From: Bugula neritina
Lineage: Eukaryota > Animalia > Bryozoa
Direction: 5' to 3'
DNA: 17,590 bases
Assembly (NCBI GenBank): GCA_964035545.1
Contig: CAXIUT010000268.1
Location: 1-17,590, forward strand
Position 1 is the stretch's first letter. The number at the start of each line of letters is the position of its first letter. Positions 8,505 to 17,590 of the stretch are shown here, in pieces. The translations under genes were made by a program, and so were the position numbers. Under the pieces are notes generated by a model. The model had not been told where the DNA came from and did not search any database. It saw only the letters and a program-made list of their open reading frames with translations.

Positions 8505-8694
8505 TTCAAGTGCTTGCCCTGGAAAGGCATCTCGGTACGAGCTTGCATCCTGGTGCTTTAATTTTGTAAAAAGGTGTGAAAGACCTTAAATATTATCTGA
8601 GTACAGTGCTTTGTTGCTATAGGACTGGGGGACGCTCCAGGAAATAGGACCTCTACTGCTGCTCTTGAACTCCACCTCGACAGGCTGTTCGAAG

Positions 8695-9507
8695 ATGTTC
8701 TTCCACGTATTTCTATGCTTGGCGGCTTTGCTGTTGCTTGGGCAGGCTGCAGAAGATGATATCTGCAAGCTTGAAGTCGAAGGATACGCGTTCGACTTTT
8801 CTTCTTTCACTTCTGTGGAGCTGGGGACTGGGAACGCGTTAAGTGTTAGTATTCATGGCTGCTCGGATTGGAAAAGCCCTCAACAATCATGGACAGCGAT
8901 CGATGGAAATATTGAAAACGGTATTCAAAACGTGTTTAATTTCACAGAAAATGGTGATACTTGTAAGAGTGGAAGAGTTATTTCGTTTCAAGCACGATGC
9001 GATAAATTGCTTTCAAACGAGCCCATGTACAGCGTCTCTTCTGAAAATGCTGACCCCTGCCAAATAACATTCACACTGATTTCTAAAAATAAAATGGGCT
9101 GCTATGTGGAGAAGGTCACTGATTCTCCCGCGAGCGATGGTGGAAATAGCGATGGATCAGGATGGTCTTTCTTTAGCTCTGTTTTCACCTTTGCCATTGT
9201 AGTTCTGGCACTGTATTGCTGTTTTGGTATAGTACAAAATATTCGATATGAAGGCCGATCAGGGCTTGATGCAGTCCCTCACCAGGAGTTTTTGTACAGT
9301 CTTTTCATTGGAATAGTCGACCTTGCGAAGTCTTCCTTTGAAGCGTTACTCAATTTTATCCGTGGTAGATCTGGGGGTCACGATAGTTTCAATATCGAAG
9401 GCCGTACTCCATTTACTGGCACTATTCCGCACACGAATCCATCAGGATCTTACCAAAACATTGACCACTTTGAAGAAACAGATAGGGCCTCAGCATCGGT
9501 GATATGA
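8695..9507 (+). CDS. Cation-dependent mannose-6-phosphate receptor / ATG27-like type I membrane protein (~270 aa)
   Basis: The ATG at 8695 starts a signal peptide (MFFHVFLCLAALLLLGQAA). The lumenal MRH-like domain has six Cys (C..EVEGYAFDFS...C...C..GR.....C...C..TF......C). The TM segment is FFSSVFTFAIVVLALYCCFGIV. The tail GRSGLDAVPHQEFLYSL..GIVD matches the CD-MPR/ATG27 G..G...IP...FW..L pattern. A YQNI YxxPhi motif lies near the C-terminus. Confidence 0.8.
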   Translation: MFFHVFLCLAALLLLGQAAEDDICKLEVEGYAFDFSSFTSVELGTGNALSVSIHGCSDWKSPQQSWTAIDGNIENGIQNVFNFTENGDTCKSGRVISFQARCDKLLSNEPMYSVSSENADPCQITFTLISKNKMGCYVEKVTDSPASDGGNSDGSGWSFFSSVFTFAIVVLALYCCFGIVQNIRYEGRSGLDAVPHQEFLYSLFIGIVDLAKSSFEALLNFIRGRSGGHDSFNIEGRTPFTGTIPHTNPSGSYQNIDHFEETDRASASVI

Positions 9508-10488
9508 GTTGGGACGCTTGATTCTTACTCATCATATTCTTTTACATTGAACTTGTCAATCTTGCTTAGTTGCTTAGCAATGAAGGACATGGGATCGACT
9601 ATTATTGACGAAATATTTTCCTTATCGGTATTACCAGCTTTCGAAAACGAATTGAATTTTACTGCACAAAAATTTCACGACCAACTTTTTGTCTCCTGGA
9701 AGCGTTTATCTGTTTGAAATGATTAGCTATTCAACGCACGAAACTATTATCCCGGGTATATTCAAGACTGAAATCATCTATTTTCTCATAAAGCAGTCTC
9801 TCTCTCCAACAAGAAGATTGAATCAAGATCTAGCAAGTGGCCACGATTCTGAGAAACCTTTATGAATAATTCCAATGTTGAACCCTTCGTTAGGTTAGTT
9901 CTCGGCGGGACAGAAACGATTGTCATTTATTGGTTTTGCAACGTGGCTGAAAAATGGATCATTCCTTTTTTCCGCTACAAAATCCACCAGGCTTTATTTT
10001 AAAAGAATGTGAATCATCTCAGCTTCCCCCGCGGAGCCTCAGGTATTGTCAAAGCGAAGAATAGACGGTAAAAGGTCGTCATTAAAAATCGTGAGTTCCA
10101 GAGTAAAGCTTATAGTTGACACGATTTAAGCCTCTATATCACTCTCAGAAACTATCAAAAGAATGAATCCGACAGTAAACTGGTATATCTGCTAGTTTAG
10201 ACCATCAAAGTCGACCAGATCCCGAAATTGGGTTGATATAAACTTGATCCCGAACGGTCATGACCCAACACTGACTCATTTTCAGGCCAAAAAATCTTAA
10301 TTTTTAAAGTAGATTCGGCTGTTCTGACAATTGCATTGATTTCTTCAGAGTATATTATTTCTACTTACATAATCAAAAAAGCACAAGAAGAATTCAAAAG
10401 ACTTGAAAAGATTTCGAAAAGATGCCGGGAGCTCAGGTACACACCAGGTGTGTTCTCTTCACTTTGTCTCCATGGATCCCTGACCTCG

Positions 10489-12396
10489 ATGAAAGCGCCA
10501 AACGAGTCAACTGTATTGATAATTGTGTACTGTAGGCAGGAATACTCCTGTGCACTTCCTTCTCGACGATCAAATCTTCAGAGGACATTTCAAGATGCCT
10601 GTCTTCATTTTGGGATCTCGACCATGGAGATGGACCGTTTGGGCTTCTGGTATGGCGACCAGTTCGTTGATCCATTGGCTCCACTTTGCTCCTCCAGGGT
10701 CCCTTCAAATGCTGTGTTGGAATTGAAGCCTCGGCAAGACGGAGCGATGAAACAGACGGAAGAATTGGACACCTCAGCGAAGAATCGTACGGAGCTGGCG
10801 GAGGAGCTCCAAGTGGATCTTGAGATTGGGAATTCATCCAAGGAGGTGATGAAGGTGTTGCCATCAGTGTCGATTTTGCAGATTTTAAGAATGCTGGGGT
10901 TTACCGAGGAGCGCATTGTGTCTGAAATTGAATCCGTTTTTGTGGCTGGACAAACCGTGACTGGTATGGATTCCTTCGCTAACACGACTCTGCTTACCTT
11001 TGGGATTCGAGATGGAGCAACTTCTTTCAAGATTATTCGGAAGGGAATAAGATCTTCGGGTTCGATTGTAGCTGATGGCAAAGGAATCGAGTACGATTTC
11101 GATCGTGAATCGAGAAGACGTAAAATTGGAGCTAGTGGTGTTCAGAGTGACGCGAAAGACCGCGAGAAAGTTGAAACTAGCCAGGAGAAGTCTTTCGACA
11201 AGCTATTTCTTGCGCTGCTTGGTAAAGGTGCTGATGAGCACATCGAAGGCACTATTTCTACACTCAAGGCAATACTGTACAACCTTATTTCAGAGCCGAA
11301 TGAAGAACGATTTAGACGACTACGAACTTCGAATAAGCGATTCTCCGAAACTTTTGGCCGGATTCCTGCTGCCTTAGACCTGCTGCGCGCTGCAGGTTTC
11401 GCATTAGAGGACGCATCTAGCGATTCTTGCCCGGTTTATGTACTTGAAAAGTCGCGTGAAGACTCTGGGTTATTGTATTCTATGCTAGTATCATTGGAAA
11501 AGTTTCAAAAATTTACGCCAGTTGGTAAGCCAAGCTGTGTAGGTATCGGAATTTCACAACCAGCGAGTCTGCCGATCCCCGCAACCGAGAGCCACCAAAA
11601 CTTCGACCCTTTTCGCTCCGATGTGGTGCGTTTCGCGAATTTCCCACGGAATAACCTGCAGTCTTGTGCCGAGTCTGAGCTTGAATCTTTAAAAGCAAAG
11701 CGAGATTCGATCATTGCTTCGAGCGGGATTCCCGAAAGAAACATTCGCATGTGGCTGCAAGGCTCAACAAATCCAGACCTAGCGCATATCCCAGATGAAA
11801 TTATTTCTGACGCTTCATCTTCTGTAACCGAGTCCTCTGTGGACTCTAGAATATTAAGCGTTGCCGCCAAGACTCGTCTGGAAAAGCAAAAGGAGTCAGA
11901 AAAGTTTAAGACTAGGGTTATCCGTGAATTAGAAACAATTAAGAAGTCGAAAGTGTACAAACAGACTGTTATCAGGGTGCGATTTCCGGACATGTTTGCT
12001 CTTGAAGCTTGCTTTTCTCCAAATGAATGTATTTCTGATGTAGTTGCCTGCATAGAAGGTGTTCTGGTTCCCGAATTGAAGTCTTCTTTCTTTCTGCGTT
12101 CACCTCATGCACCAAAGAGACTTGAAACAGATGTTAAGTTGTCAAATGCCGGATTGGTTCCGACTGCTGTAATATTTTTGTCCTGGATATCGTCCGTAAA
12201 TGAGGCGCCTGGGTTTCAGACTTATTTGCGGGCAGAAGAGCAGCGAAAAATGTCGAGTTCACTCTGTAGAAAGCCCCATGCTATTCCAGCAGGAATTGAT
12301 ATTGTAGATTCTAGTGATGCTCGAATTCGCCAAGATGCAAATTCTGCGTCAGCGCCAAGGCAAAGAAAAAAATTGCCAAAGTGGTTGAAACTCTAG
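10489..12396 (+). CDS. p97/Cdc48 cofactor with TUG-type UBL1, a probable second UBL, PUB and UBX domains (ASPSCR1/PUX1/UBXN6-related), ~635 aa
   Basis: The first in-frame ATG is at 10489; the track ORF starts on an upstream TTG. The N-terminal LQRTFQDACLHFGI...VPSNAVLEL resembles TUG UBL1. ISTLKAILYNLISEPNEERFRRLRTSNKRF...ALDLLRAAGF is a PUB domain. KTRVIRE...KVYKQTVIRVRFPDMFALEACFSPNE...LSNAGLVPTAVI is an ASPL/PUX1-type UBX. The C-terminal KLPKWLKL matches ASPL/PUX1. Confidence 0.85.
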   Translation: MKAPNESTVLIIVYCRQEYSCALPSRRSNLQRTFQDACLHFGISTMEMDRLGFWYGDQFVDPLAPLCSSRVPSNAVLELKPRQDGAMKQTEELDTSAKNRTELAEELQVDLEIGNSSKEVMKVLPSVSILQILRMLGFTEERIVSEIESVFVAGQTVTGMDSFANTTLLTFGIRDGATSFKIIRKGIRSSGSIVADGKGIEYDFDRESRRRKIGASGVQSDAKDREKVETSQEKSFDKLFLALLGKGADEHIEGTISTLKAILYNLISEPNEERFRRLRTSNKRFSETFGRIPAALDLLRAAGFALEDASSDSCPVYVLEKSREDSGLLYSMLVSLEKFQKFTPVGKPSCVGIGISQPASLPIPATESHQNFDPFRSDVVRFANFPRNNLQSCAESELESLKAKRDSIIASSGIPERNIRMWLQGSTNPDLAHIPDEIISDASSSVTESSVDSRILSVAAKTRLEKQKESEKFKTRVIRELETIKKSKVYKQTVIRVRFPDMFALEACFSPNECISDVVACIEGVLVPELKSSFFLRSPHAPKRLETDVKLSNAGLVPTAVIFLSWISSVNEAPGFQTYLRAEEQRKMSSSLCRKPHAIPAGIDIVDSSDARIRQDANSASAPRQRKKLPKWLKL

Positions 12397-12487
12397 CTTT
12401 AAGCTGATATTTTGCACAACTGTAAACGGTTTAGACAAGCGCATTGCACTTGCGAAGCCCCAATTGATTTTTTTTCGATGCAAGCTA

Positions 12488-15232
12488 TCATTGACCAAAC
12501 GGATGATCTGACTCAAATAGTTGGTTTGCTCTCAAGGCCTCTCTTCCATATTCTTCTTCTATAGTATCCCTGTTCATTTTTTGTGCCGATTTCACCATTG
12601 CATCCATAACCTTATCCAACTCTTGTCGATGGAGTCGACATAATAAATCAAGCTGAGAGCTGCTCAGCTCTGATAAATTCCAACCCAAAACATGCCTTGG
12701 ATCTAAAGCCAGAGAAATGGAACTTGGGTACTCTCTTATCATCATGTTAGAAGCAGCGTCTTCAAAAGCTTCTACGCGGTCAATCGGAGGAGTGAGTGCG
12801 TCTTGTCTTTTTGGAAAGTAGACAGGATCTACAATTTCAGGAACCTCCTTAGGAGACTCCCAAACCTCGGAGGAATCTCCATTCAACGTTTCCATTTCAA
12901 TGCCACAATCACTTGAGCTTAGTATTCGATTTGAGCGAAAAAGCTCAAAACATCTTTCAAACTTACTTTCAGTCGGGATAGACAATGAAGAAGTCGATTG
13001 ATAAATTTTGCTTTTCAAAGGTTTCTCATCTTCGCAAGAAAAATCCGATACGCCCTGTTTTTTAACCTCCGTTTCAAAAGCCAAAGATTTCGAAGAACAT
13101 GAATTTGGTCCTTCCTTTTCTATGGATTGTGCCCGTTTGTTATCGACAATGTATCGATCTTCAACAACACATTTTTCGGGCAATTCCGCACCCTCGTTCA
13201 AGAAAGATGCCGGAGCCTTACTTTTAGATTCATGGGAATGGATCGCTTTAGTTTCACTGCCTTGAAATATTTCATCCGTTCTCACTTCGGCGAACTCTTC
13301 TTTCTTTTCATTTACGTCTGCAGACCATGCATCTTCTTCGAGTACTTTATTTAAAATGGTGTTTGGATCTTCTGGCGAAGATTTAGGAGGACATTTGTTT
13401 TCCTTCATTGTGTTTCCATCGGTCTCACTAGGTTCTACTGACTCGTTCTGCGGATCCACGCCCAGAAGAACAGCTTGATTTTTCTTTTTCTTCTTTTTCT
13501 TCTTCTCTTTTTTTGTCTTCTTCTTCACTGCCCGGTCGTCTGATTTACATGAGCTTCGCGGGCTACCACTGCTAAGCAATACATCCAAATTTCTCTCAGC
13601 TGCCTTCTTCGCCGCAAACCATGCCTTAAGTAAAATCTGCGCGGCTAGATCCTTGTTTGTGCGACGATTGGATGGCCTCTTTCGAAGGGCACAATCCACA
13701 GCAGTATCACCTGATGAATTTTTCATTGTGATATCGGATCCTAACTCCAAAAGAGCAGCAATACACTGGGGACGGCAGTGTCTAGAAGCCCAATGCAACA
13801 ACGTGTCCTCAAATTCAACCTTGAGCGGCTTTCGAAAAATCTTTTGGAGATGGGAGGAAGAGCGCTCTCCAAATCGAAAATTAAGCAAAACTGGCAGATT
13901 CTCTTTGGGTATGTACTTACATAAAACCCGTAGTGCGTTAGCACGGAGCTGATCTTCATCTGCATCCTGGTACACATCGATTTCTGATTCCCAGCATACA
14001 ATAATCAGCAAAACTCCATAAAAAAATACGTTTGGATTGCGGATTTTTCCGCACAGCGTAACGCATGGTTCGTCATCTGTATTTTTTTTCTGGCCTTCTT
14101 CACGGATGCGCCATGCACCGGTGTCGAATGATAAAACTATAGAATCCATTACTGCCCGAATAGAGGCAGGCTTGAGGAAAACAATAGCGAGCATGAACGG
14201 AGAAATGGAATGAACACCAAAAGGATCTACTCCAATTTCACGAATAAGATAGCTGATAACCTTCTCAGAGCCACGGAAACAAGCCAGGTGCAAAGCGGTT
14301 ACACCCTCAACGGTTCCAGCATCTGGTGGAACGTCGCACTCTTCTATCAGGTATTTAACAATATCCACATGGCCAGCTTCAGCCGCAGTATGTAAGGGCA
14401 GTACGTTTCGATGCGAATTGTCGCCGCTAAAACTAGTTGTGCGATTAACATTAGCGTGCGCTTCCTCAACTAGTACCCGAAGGCAATCCAGATGACCATA
14501 TCTGCAAGTGAAGTGTATTGGTGTCATTCCATTCTCTTGTACGCATTCCAGATCCCCACTAAGGGTAAGCGAATAAGTCGAAGAGTCAGAAATTCCCAGA
14601 GAAGCCCTTACCAAGGAGGCATTCCCAATCGTGCAAGCTATTCTGAGCGATGCATCTAGCAATCTTTGGAACACTATTATTACACCCTGACTGCTCGTAT
14701 TCCCCTGGCACATATCCCGTAGCACCTGTGCTACATCATCAATCCGTTCGAGGTCGTCAGATAACCCTGCACTCTCTATATAATCCTGCCAAGCATAGTC
14801 GAGCTCTTTAAGCGGCAACTCGTTGAGCATCAATTCGCAGCCATCCTCTTCGTCAATTTCTTCCAGCTTCTTCAGAAGCCGTTCCCCAAAGTCAAGGCCA
14901 TAATCTACTTCCTCCCGAGACCCATCATCACCCTCGAGTCCTCGATACGGATCGGGGGCTTTTGGCACGAAGGCTTCCAAGGACATGCCGTAATGTTCTT
15001 GGAGTTCAAATTCCCCAGAGTCTTTTCTTATCATCCAGTTATGCTCACCGTAAAAGTGCCCTCCGCTCACGCCGGTCTCCGCGCCCTCGATTTCTAATTT
15101 CAGACGAACATCTGCAGCCCGAGCACGGACCGATTCCCATGCCAATTTGGGAACACGTCGAACTTCAAACCTGTTAGCTCCTTTCCTGAGTAATTCAATT
15201 TCGCTGCAATCGTTGTCGATATCATATGCCAT
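12488..15232 (-). CDS. Ankyrin-repeat protein, 914 aa, with a poly-Lys tract, disordered acidic middle and helical C-terminal module
   Basis: ANK motifs GMTPIHFTCRYGHLDCLRVLV, LPLHTAAEAGHVDIVKYLI, GVTALHLACFRGSEKVISYLI, DTLLHWASRHCRPQCIAALLELGSD and GDTAVDCA. KKKTKKEKKKKKKKKN tract. The exact start codon is uncertain (15232 versus 15034 or 14986). Confidence 0.9.
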   Translation of the reverse strand: MAYDIDNDCSEIELLRKGANRFEVRRVPKLAWESVRARAADVRLKLEIEGAETGVSGGHFYGEHNWMIRKDSGEFELQEHYGMSLEAFVPKAPDPYRGLEGDDGSREEVDYGLDFGERLLKKLEEIDEEDGCELMLNELPLKELDYAWQDYIESAGLSDDLERIDDVAQVLRDMCQGNTSSQGVIIVFQRLLDASLRIACTIGNASLVRASLGISDSSTYSLTLSGDLECVQENGMTPIHFTCRYGHLDCLRVLVEEAHANVNRTTSFSGDNSHRNVLPLHTAAEAGHVDIVKYLIEECDVPPDAGTVEGVTALHLACFRGSEKVISYLIREIGVDPFGVHSISPFMLAIVFLKPASIRAVMDSIVLSFDTGAWRIREEGQKKNTDDEPCVTLCGKIRNPNVFFYGVLLIIVCWESEIDVYQDADEDQLRANALRVLCKYIPKENLPVLLNFRFGERSSSHLQKIFRKPLKVEFEDTLLHWASRHCRPQCIAALLELGSDITMKNSSGDTAVDCALRKRPSNRRTNKDLAAQILLKAWFAAKKAAERNLDVLLSSGSPRSSCKSDDRAVKKKTKKEKKKKKKKKNQAVLLGVDPQNESVEPSETDGNTMKENKCPPKSSPEDPNTILNKVLEEDAWSADVNEKKEEFAEVRTDEIFQGSETKAIHSHESKSKAPASFLNEGAELPEKCVVEDRYIVDNKRAQSIEKEGPNSCSSKSLAFETEVKKQGVSDFSCEDEKPLKSKIYQSTSSLSIPTESKFERCFELFRSNRILSSSDCGIEMETLNGDSSEVWESPKEVPEIVDPVYFPKRQDALTPPIDRVEAFEDAASNMMIREYPSSISLALDPRHVLGWNLSELSSSQLDLLCRLHRQELDKVMDAMVKSAQKMNRDTIEEEYGREALRANQLFESDHPFGQ

Positions 15233-15773
15233 GGTCAGAAAGAAAATTCGTTACTTGGTGATTCGCATGAGAAAGGATGATGAGTGGCCGGCTGGTGGCT
15301 CGACTGACATGGGAGATGCAGCTGGAAAGAAACGCCGTTTCCCGCGTTCGATTGGGTATTCGGAATCTAATAAGCGGTTTGGAAATATTAGGTATGCGTT
15401 AAAGCCTTTGTCGTGGTTGAAAGGCTTGGGCGCTAGTGACATTATTCGCAAGTTGACGAAATTGGCGTTTTGTGAATTTGATGATGCTAAAGGGATATTG
15501 ATGGGGAACTTGTGTCAGGTAGTTGCTTTAGATCATCGGCTTGGAATGCTGGTGCTGCGGGTTGATCGTCAGTATGCGAAGGAGTGGTGTAAAATCGTTC
15601 GCAGAGTTGGAAGTTTTGAGGATTCCGGTTCTCTGTCTTGCAATATCTTGCATATTTCTGGCTCCGATTCGCAATTGAGAAGAGCTTTGAAAAGGTTTCC
15701 TGCCAAGTATCCGCAATGGGCGGGTGAGTTTCCTTCGAACGAATGGTCTGTTTTGATTAATGATCTTGGTTGA
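15231..15773 (+). CDS. POP5: RNase P/MRP subunit, POP5/Rpp14 family (~180 aa, divergent)
   Basis: The N-terminus MVRKKIRYLV matches the POP5 MVRxKxRYL signature. GMLVLRVDR and CNILHISGS match the family's G..ILR..R and .LHVSGT motifs. An insertion of about 50 aa follows strand 1. Confidence 0.7.
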   Translation: MVRKKIRYLVIRMRKDDEWPAGGSTDMGDAAGKKRRFPRSIGYSESNKRFGNIRYALKPLSWLKGLGASDIIRKLTKLAFCEFDDAKGILMGNLCQVVALDHRLGMLVLRVDRQYAKEWCKIVRRVGSFEDSGSLSCNILHISGSDSQLRRALKRFPAKYPQWAGEFPSNEWSVLINDLG

Positions 15774-16947
15774 AGTGTGAGGGCTCCAATGATAATTAAA
15801 GTCTCTGGCGATATTATTCATTGAGACATTGTACACAATATTTAAATGACGGCTTAGCTCTATTCCCGTTGGATATTCAATGACGCTTATTCGGATGGAG
15901 AATTGTCTGGCATTATTGATTCTGCCAAGTTGTTCAGTATTCTGATATCAGTTTTTTCCATGGCTGGGCGGAACGTTTGTCCACAAAAAAAATGGCACTT
16001 CGAAGCTATTAAAACCACAATGTGTTTATGGGGTGTCTATTGCATAACACTTGAAAAGATTCATCACAATTAAATCGGTGAGGCGTGATTGCGCAAAATA
16101 TCCTTTGACTAGTCGTCACAAGCTGAACATGTTCTGCTTGATATTCATTCTGCGCAGGGCAAATAAGGCAGCCTTACTATTTGGATTCCGCCTTTTCAGC
16201 AAGACGGAAAATTTGGCAATTGCAGTTCGTGGCTTAAAACATCAGACGGTATCGGAATATTTCCTGTCGGCGATAAATGCGTTGATCTACCCTGTTTCAC
16301 TTTCTGCTGCAGGTAGCCACACAGAGCAATGACTCGCATTATTAATACTCACCATGTTAAACTTTGAGTGCTGTTCAATGTTAAGTGCTGTTGAATGGAA
16401 AAGACAGATCACTCAAGTTGTTCTTTTTCTCGTACTAGAAAAAGTTTGAAAATAACTGAAAATAACGGCCAACCCATTTGGCGCCATAGACAAGTATCGC
16501 CAAAAGTTATTTTTCTTAAATGGTTATTTAAAAGTGATCTGGCTACACAATACAGCTGAGAGTGACTATTGCTTAATTGTTGAAGTGGAGAAAGAGGTTT
16601 AAAGCGACTAGTTGGTTCCAAAACGCTGCCATCAAGCCCCGGGTGTTTCTTGGGACAAAGCGCTTCTTTTCATTGATCCCAAGGCTGTTAAAGGTGACAT
16701 GAATCAAGTTGCCATCTTTTTTTTGGTGGGAAATATTCGCGGAGGCGTAATAAAGTTGGCATAAATTGCTTCGGTCCACCTCTGCGGCAAGCGGAAATCG
16801 CAATTCTGTAGTGTTCATTTTTTTTGGAATTCCGAAGCATCGACCGCTTGTCGACACCGGATTGAGAGATTTACTGCGATCGTATTGTGCTTCAGACTGG
16901 TCGCAGCATTCGTTGTGGCATTGCCATTGTTGATAATATTGGTGGGG

Positions 16948-17153
16948 ATGCTACGAGTTTGCAAGGGATGCGCCAATTCTAAGTCAAAGTCAGAGGTCTG
17001 GAAAATGATAAGGGCTATAGATCACATGTCTGCGGAAGAATTTGCGGAACCTACTATTTCAGAGTTCCGGAGAAAGGTTTTTAATGTTCTATGTGAGATT
17101 CCAAAAGGAAAAGTTACAAGCTATGGAGCTATTGCCAAAGTGTTGAAAACAAG
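16948..17153 (+). CDS. MGMT: O6-methylguanine-DNA methyltransferase, exon 1 (start codon uncertain: 16948, 17005 or 17026)
   Basis: SEFRRKVFNVLCEIPKGKVTSYGAIAKVL is the AGT helix-turn-helix region. The exon ends at AG|GTAAAT. Confidence 0.85.
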
Positions 17154-17216
17154 GTAAATTGGGTTTGTTTGTCGTTTGGGTAGCGAGGCTCTGATACATA
17201 ATTATTGATTGAATAG
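17154..17216 (+). other. 63-nt GT-AG spliceosomal intron in MGMT
   Basis: GTAAAT...TTGAATAG. Removing it joins AG+T to give ...LKT-S-PRAVGNAL and removes the in-frame stops. Confidence 0.9.
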
Positions 17217-17448
17217 TCCAAGGGCAGTTGGAAACGCGCTTCGACATAATCCATTCGCGCCTGTTGTTCCTTGTCATCGAGTGATTGCTTCAAACCTAGA
17301 ACTGGGAGGATTTCAGGGACAAATAGGACCCGGAGCTCCGTCAATAGCCAAAAAGATCAAATTGCTTGAAAGTGAAGGCGTCACTATAGAAGACAACAAA
17401 GTTTGTGAGAAGCACATGTTACACACGTTGCAGATATTGGATTCTTGA
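17217..17448 (+). CDS. MGMT: O6-methylguanine-DNA methyltransferase, exon 2
   Basis: PRAVGNALRHNP...VPCHRVI (arginine finger and active-site Cys), LGGFQG and KIKLLESEG. Confidence 0.92.
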
Positions 17449-17590
17449 ACCGATTGTGCTGATTTCTGTGCGACTTTTGTGGACATTCTGGTATCGTCAC
17501 CGTGATCTTTCCATGCGCTTATTGCGGCTATTTGTCAATTAATACCTTTTCGGCGATGTGTTTCATTGCATTGCAACATTAGGTTATGCC

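Noticed and set aside
10336-10488. TTG-initiated N-terminal extension of the UBX protein (likewise 8665-8694 and 15147-15230 for their genes)
   Set aside because: These are non-ATG starts from the ORF finder. Domain or signal-peptide evidence begins at the first ATG in each case.
10433-15177. Antisense and alternate-frame ORFs inside the UBX and ankyrin genes
   Set aside because: Shadow ORFs of long coding sequences, with no motifs.
15774-16880. Short ORFs (16051-16332, 16409-16621, 16573-16857) or an ncRNA in this gap
   Set aside because: No recognisable domain, tRNA cloverleaf or snRNA/snoRNA signature could be supported by eye.
3968-17448. Functional gene cluster
   Set aside because: The genes belong to unrelated housekeeping processes (peroxisomal transport, sorting, p97, RNase P, DNA repair), so there is no evidence of a shared pathway.

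Overview
Eukaryotic, gene-dense, almost intron-free DNA. A compact protist genome (possibly a stramenopile such as a labyrinthulomycete) is my inference; the sequence does not prove it. The window holds eight probable protein genes: (1) a 5'-truncated protein built from about 6-7 copies of a W-x-x-L-x(3)-GW...F module; (2) a peroxisomal SLC25A17/PMP34-type carrier; (3) an unknown 466-aa protein; (4) a CD-M6PR/ATG27-like type I membrane protein; (5) a TUG-UBL1 + PUB + UBX p97 cofactor; (6) a 914-aa ankyrin-repeat protein; (7) a POP5/Rpp14-family RNase P/MRP subunit; (8) a one-intron MGMT. Two non-genic blocks look like decayed insertions. Block 2413-3935 contains a scrambled reading frame, a CT tract and a 31-bp minisatellite with higher-order structure. 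Block ~7700-8504 contains a Ty3/gypsy integrase-like relic ending near (TTAGG)6. The most striking observation is that the ankyrin and POP5 genes are head-to-head with overlapping start codons in one palindromic CCATGG, and both ATGs have a strong Kozak-type context. I found no tRNA, rRNA or CRISPR array.
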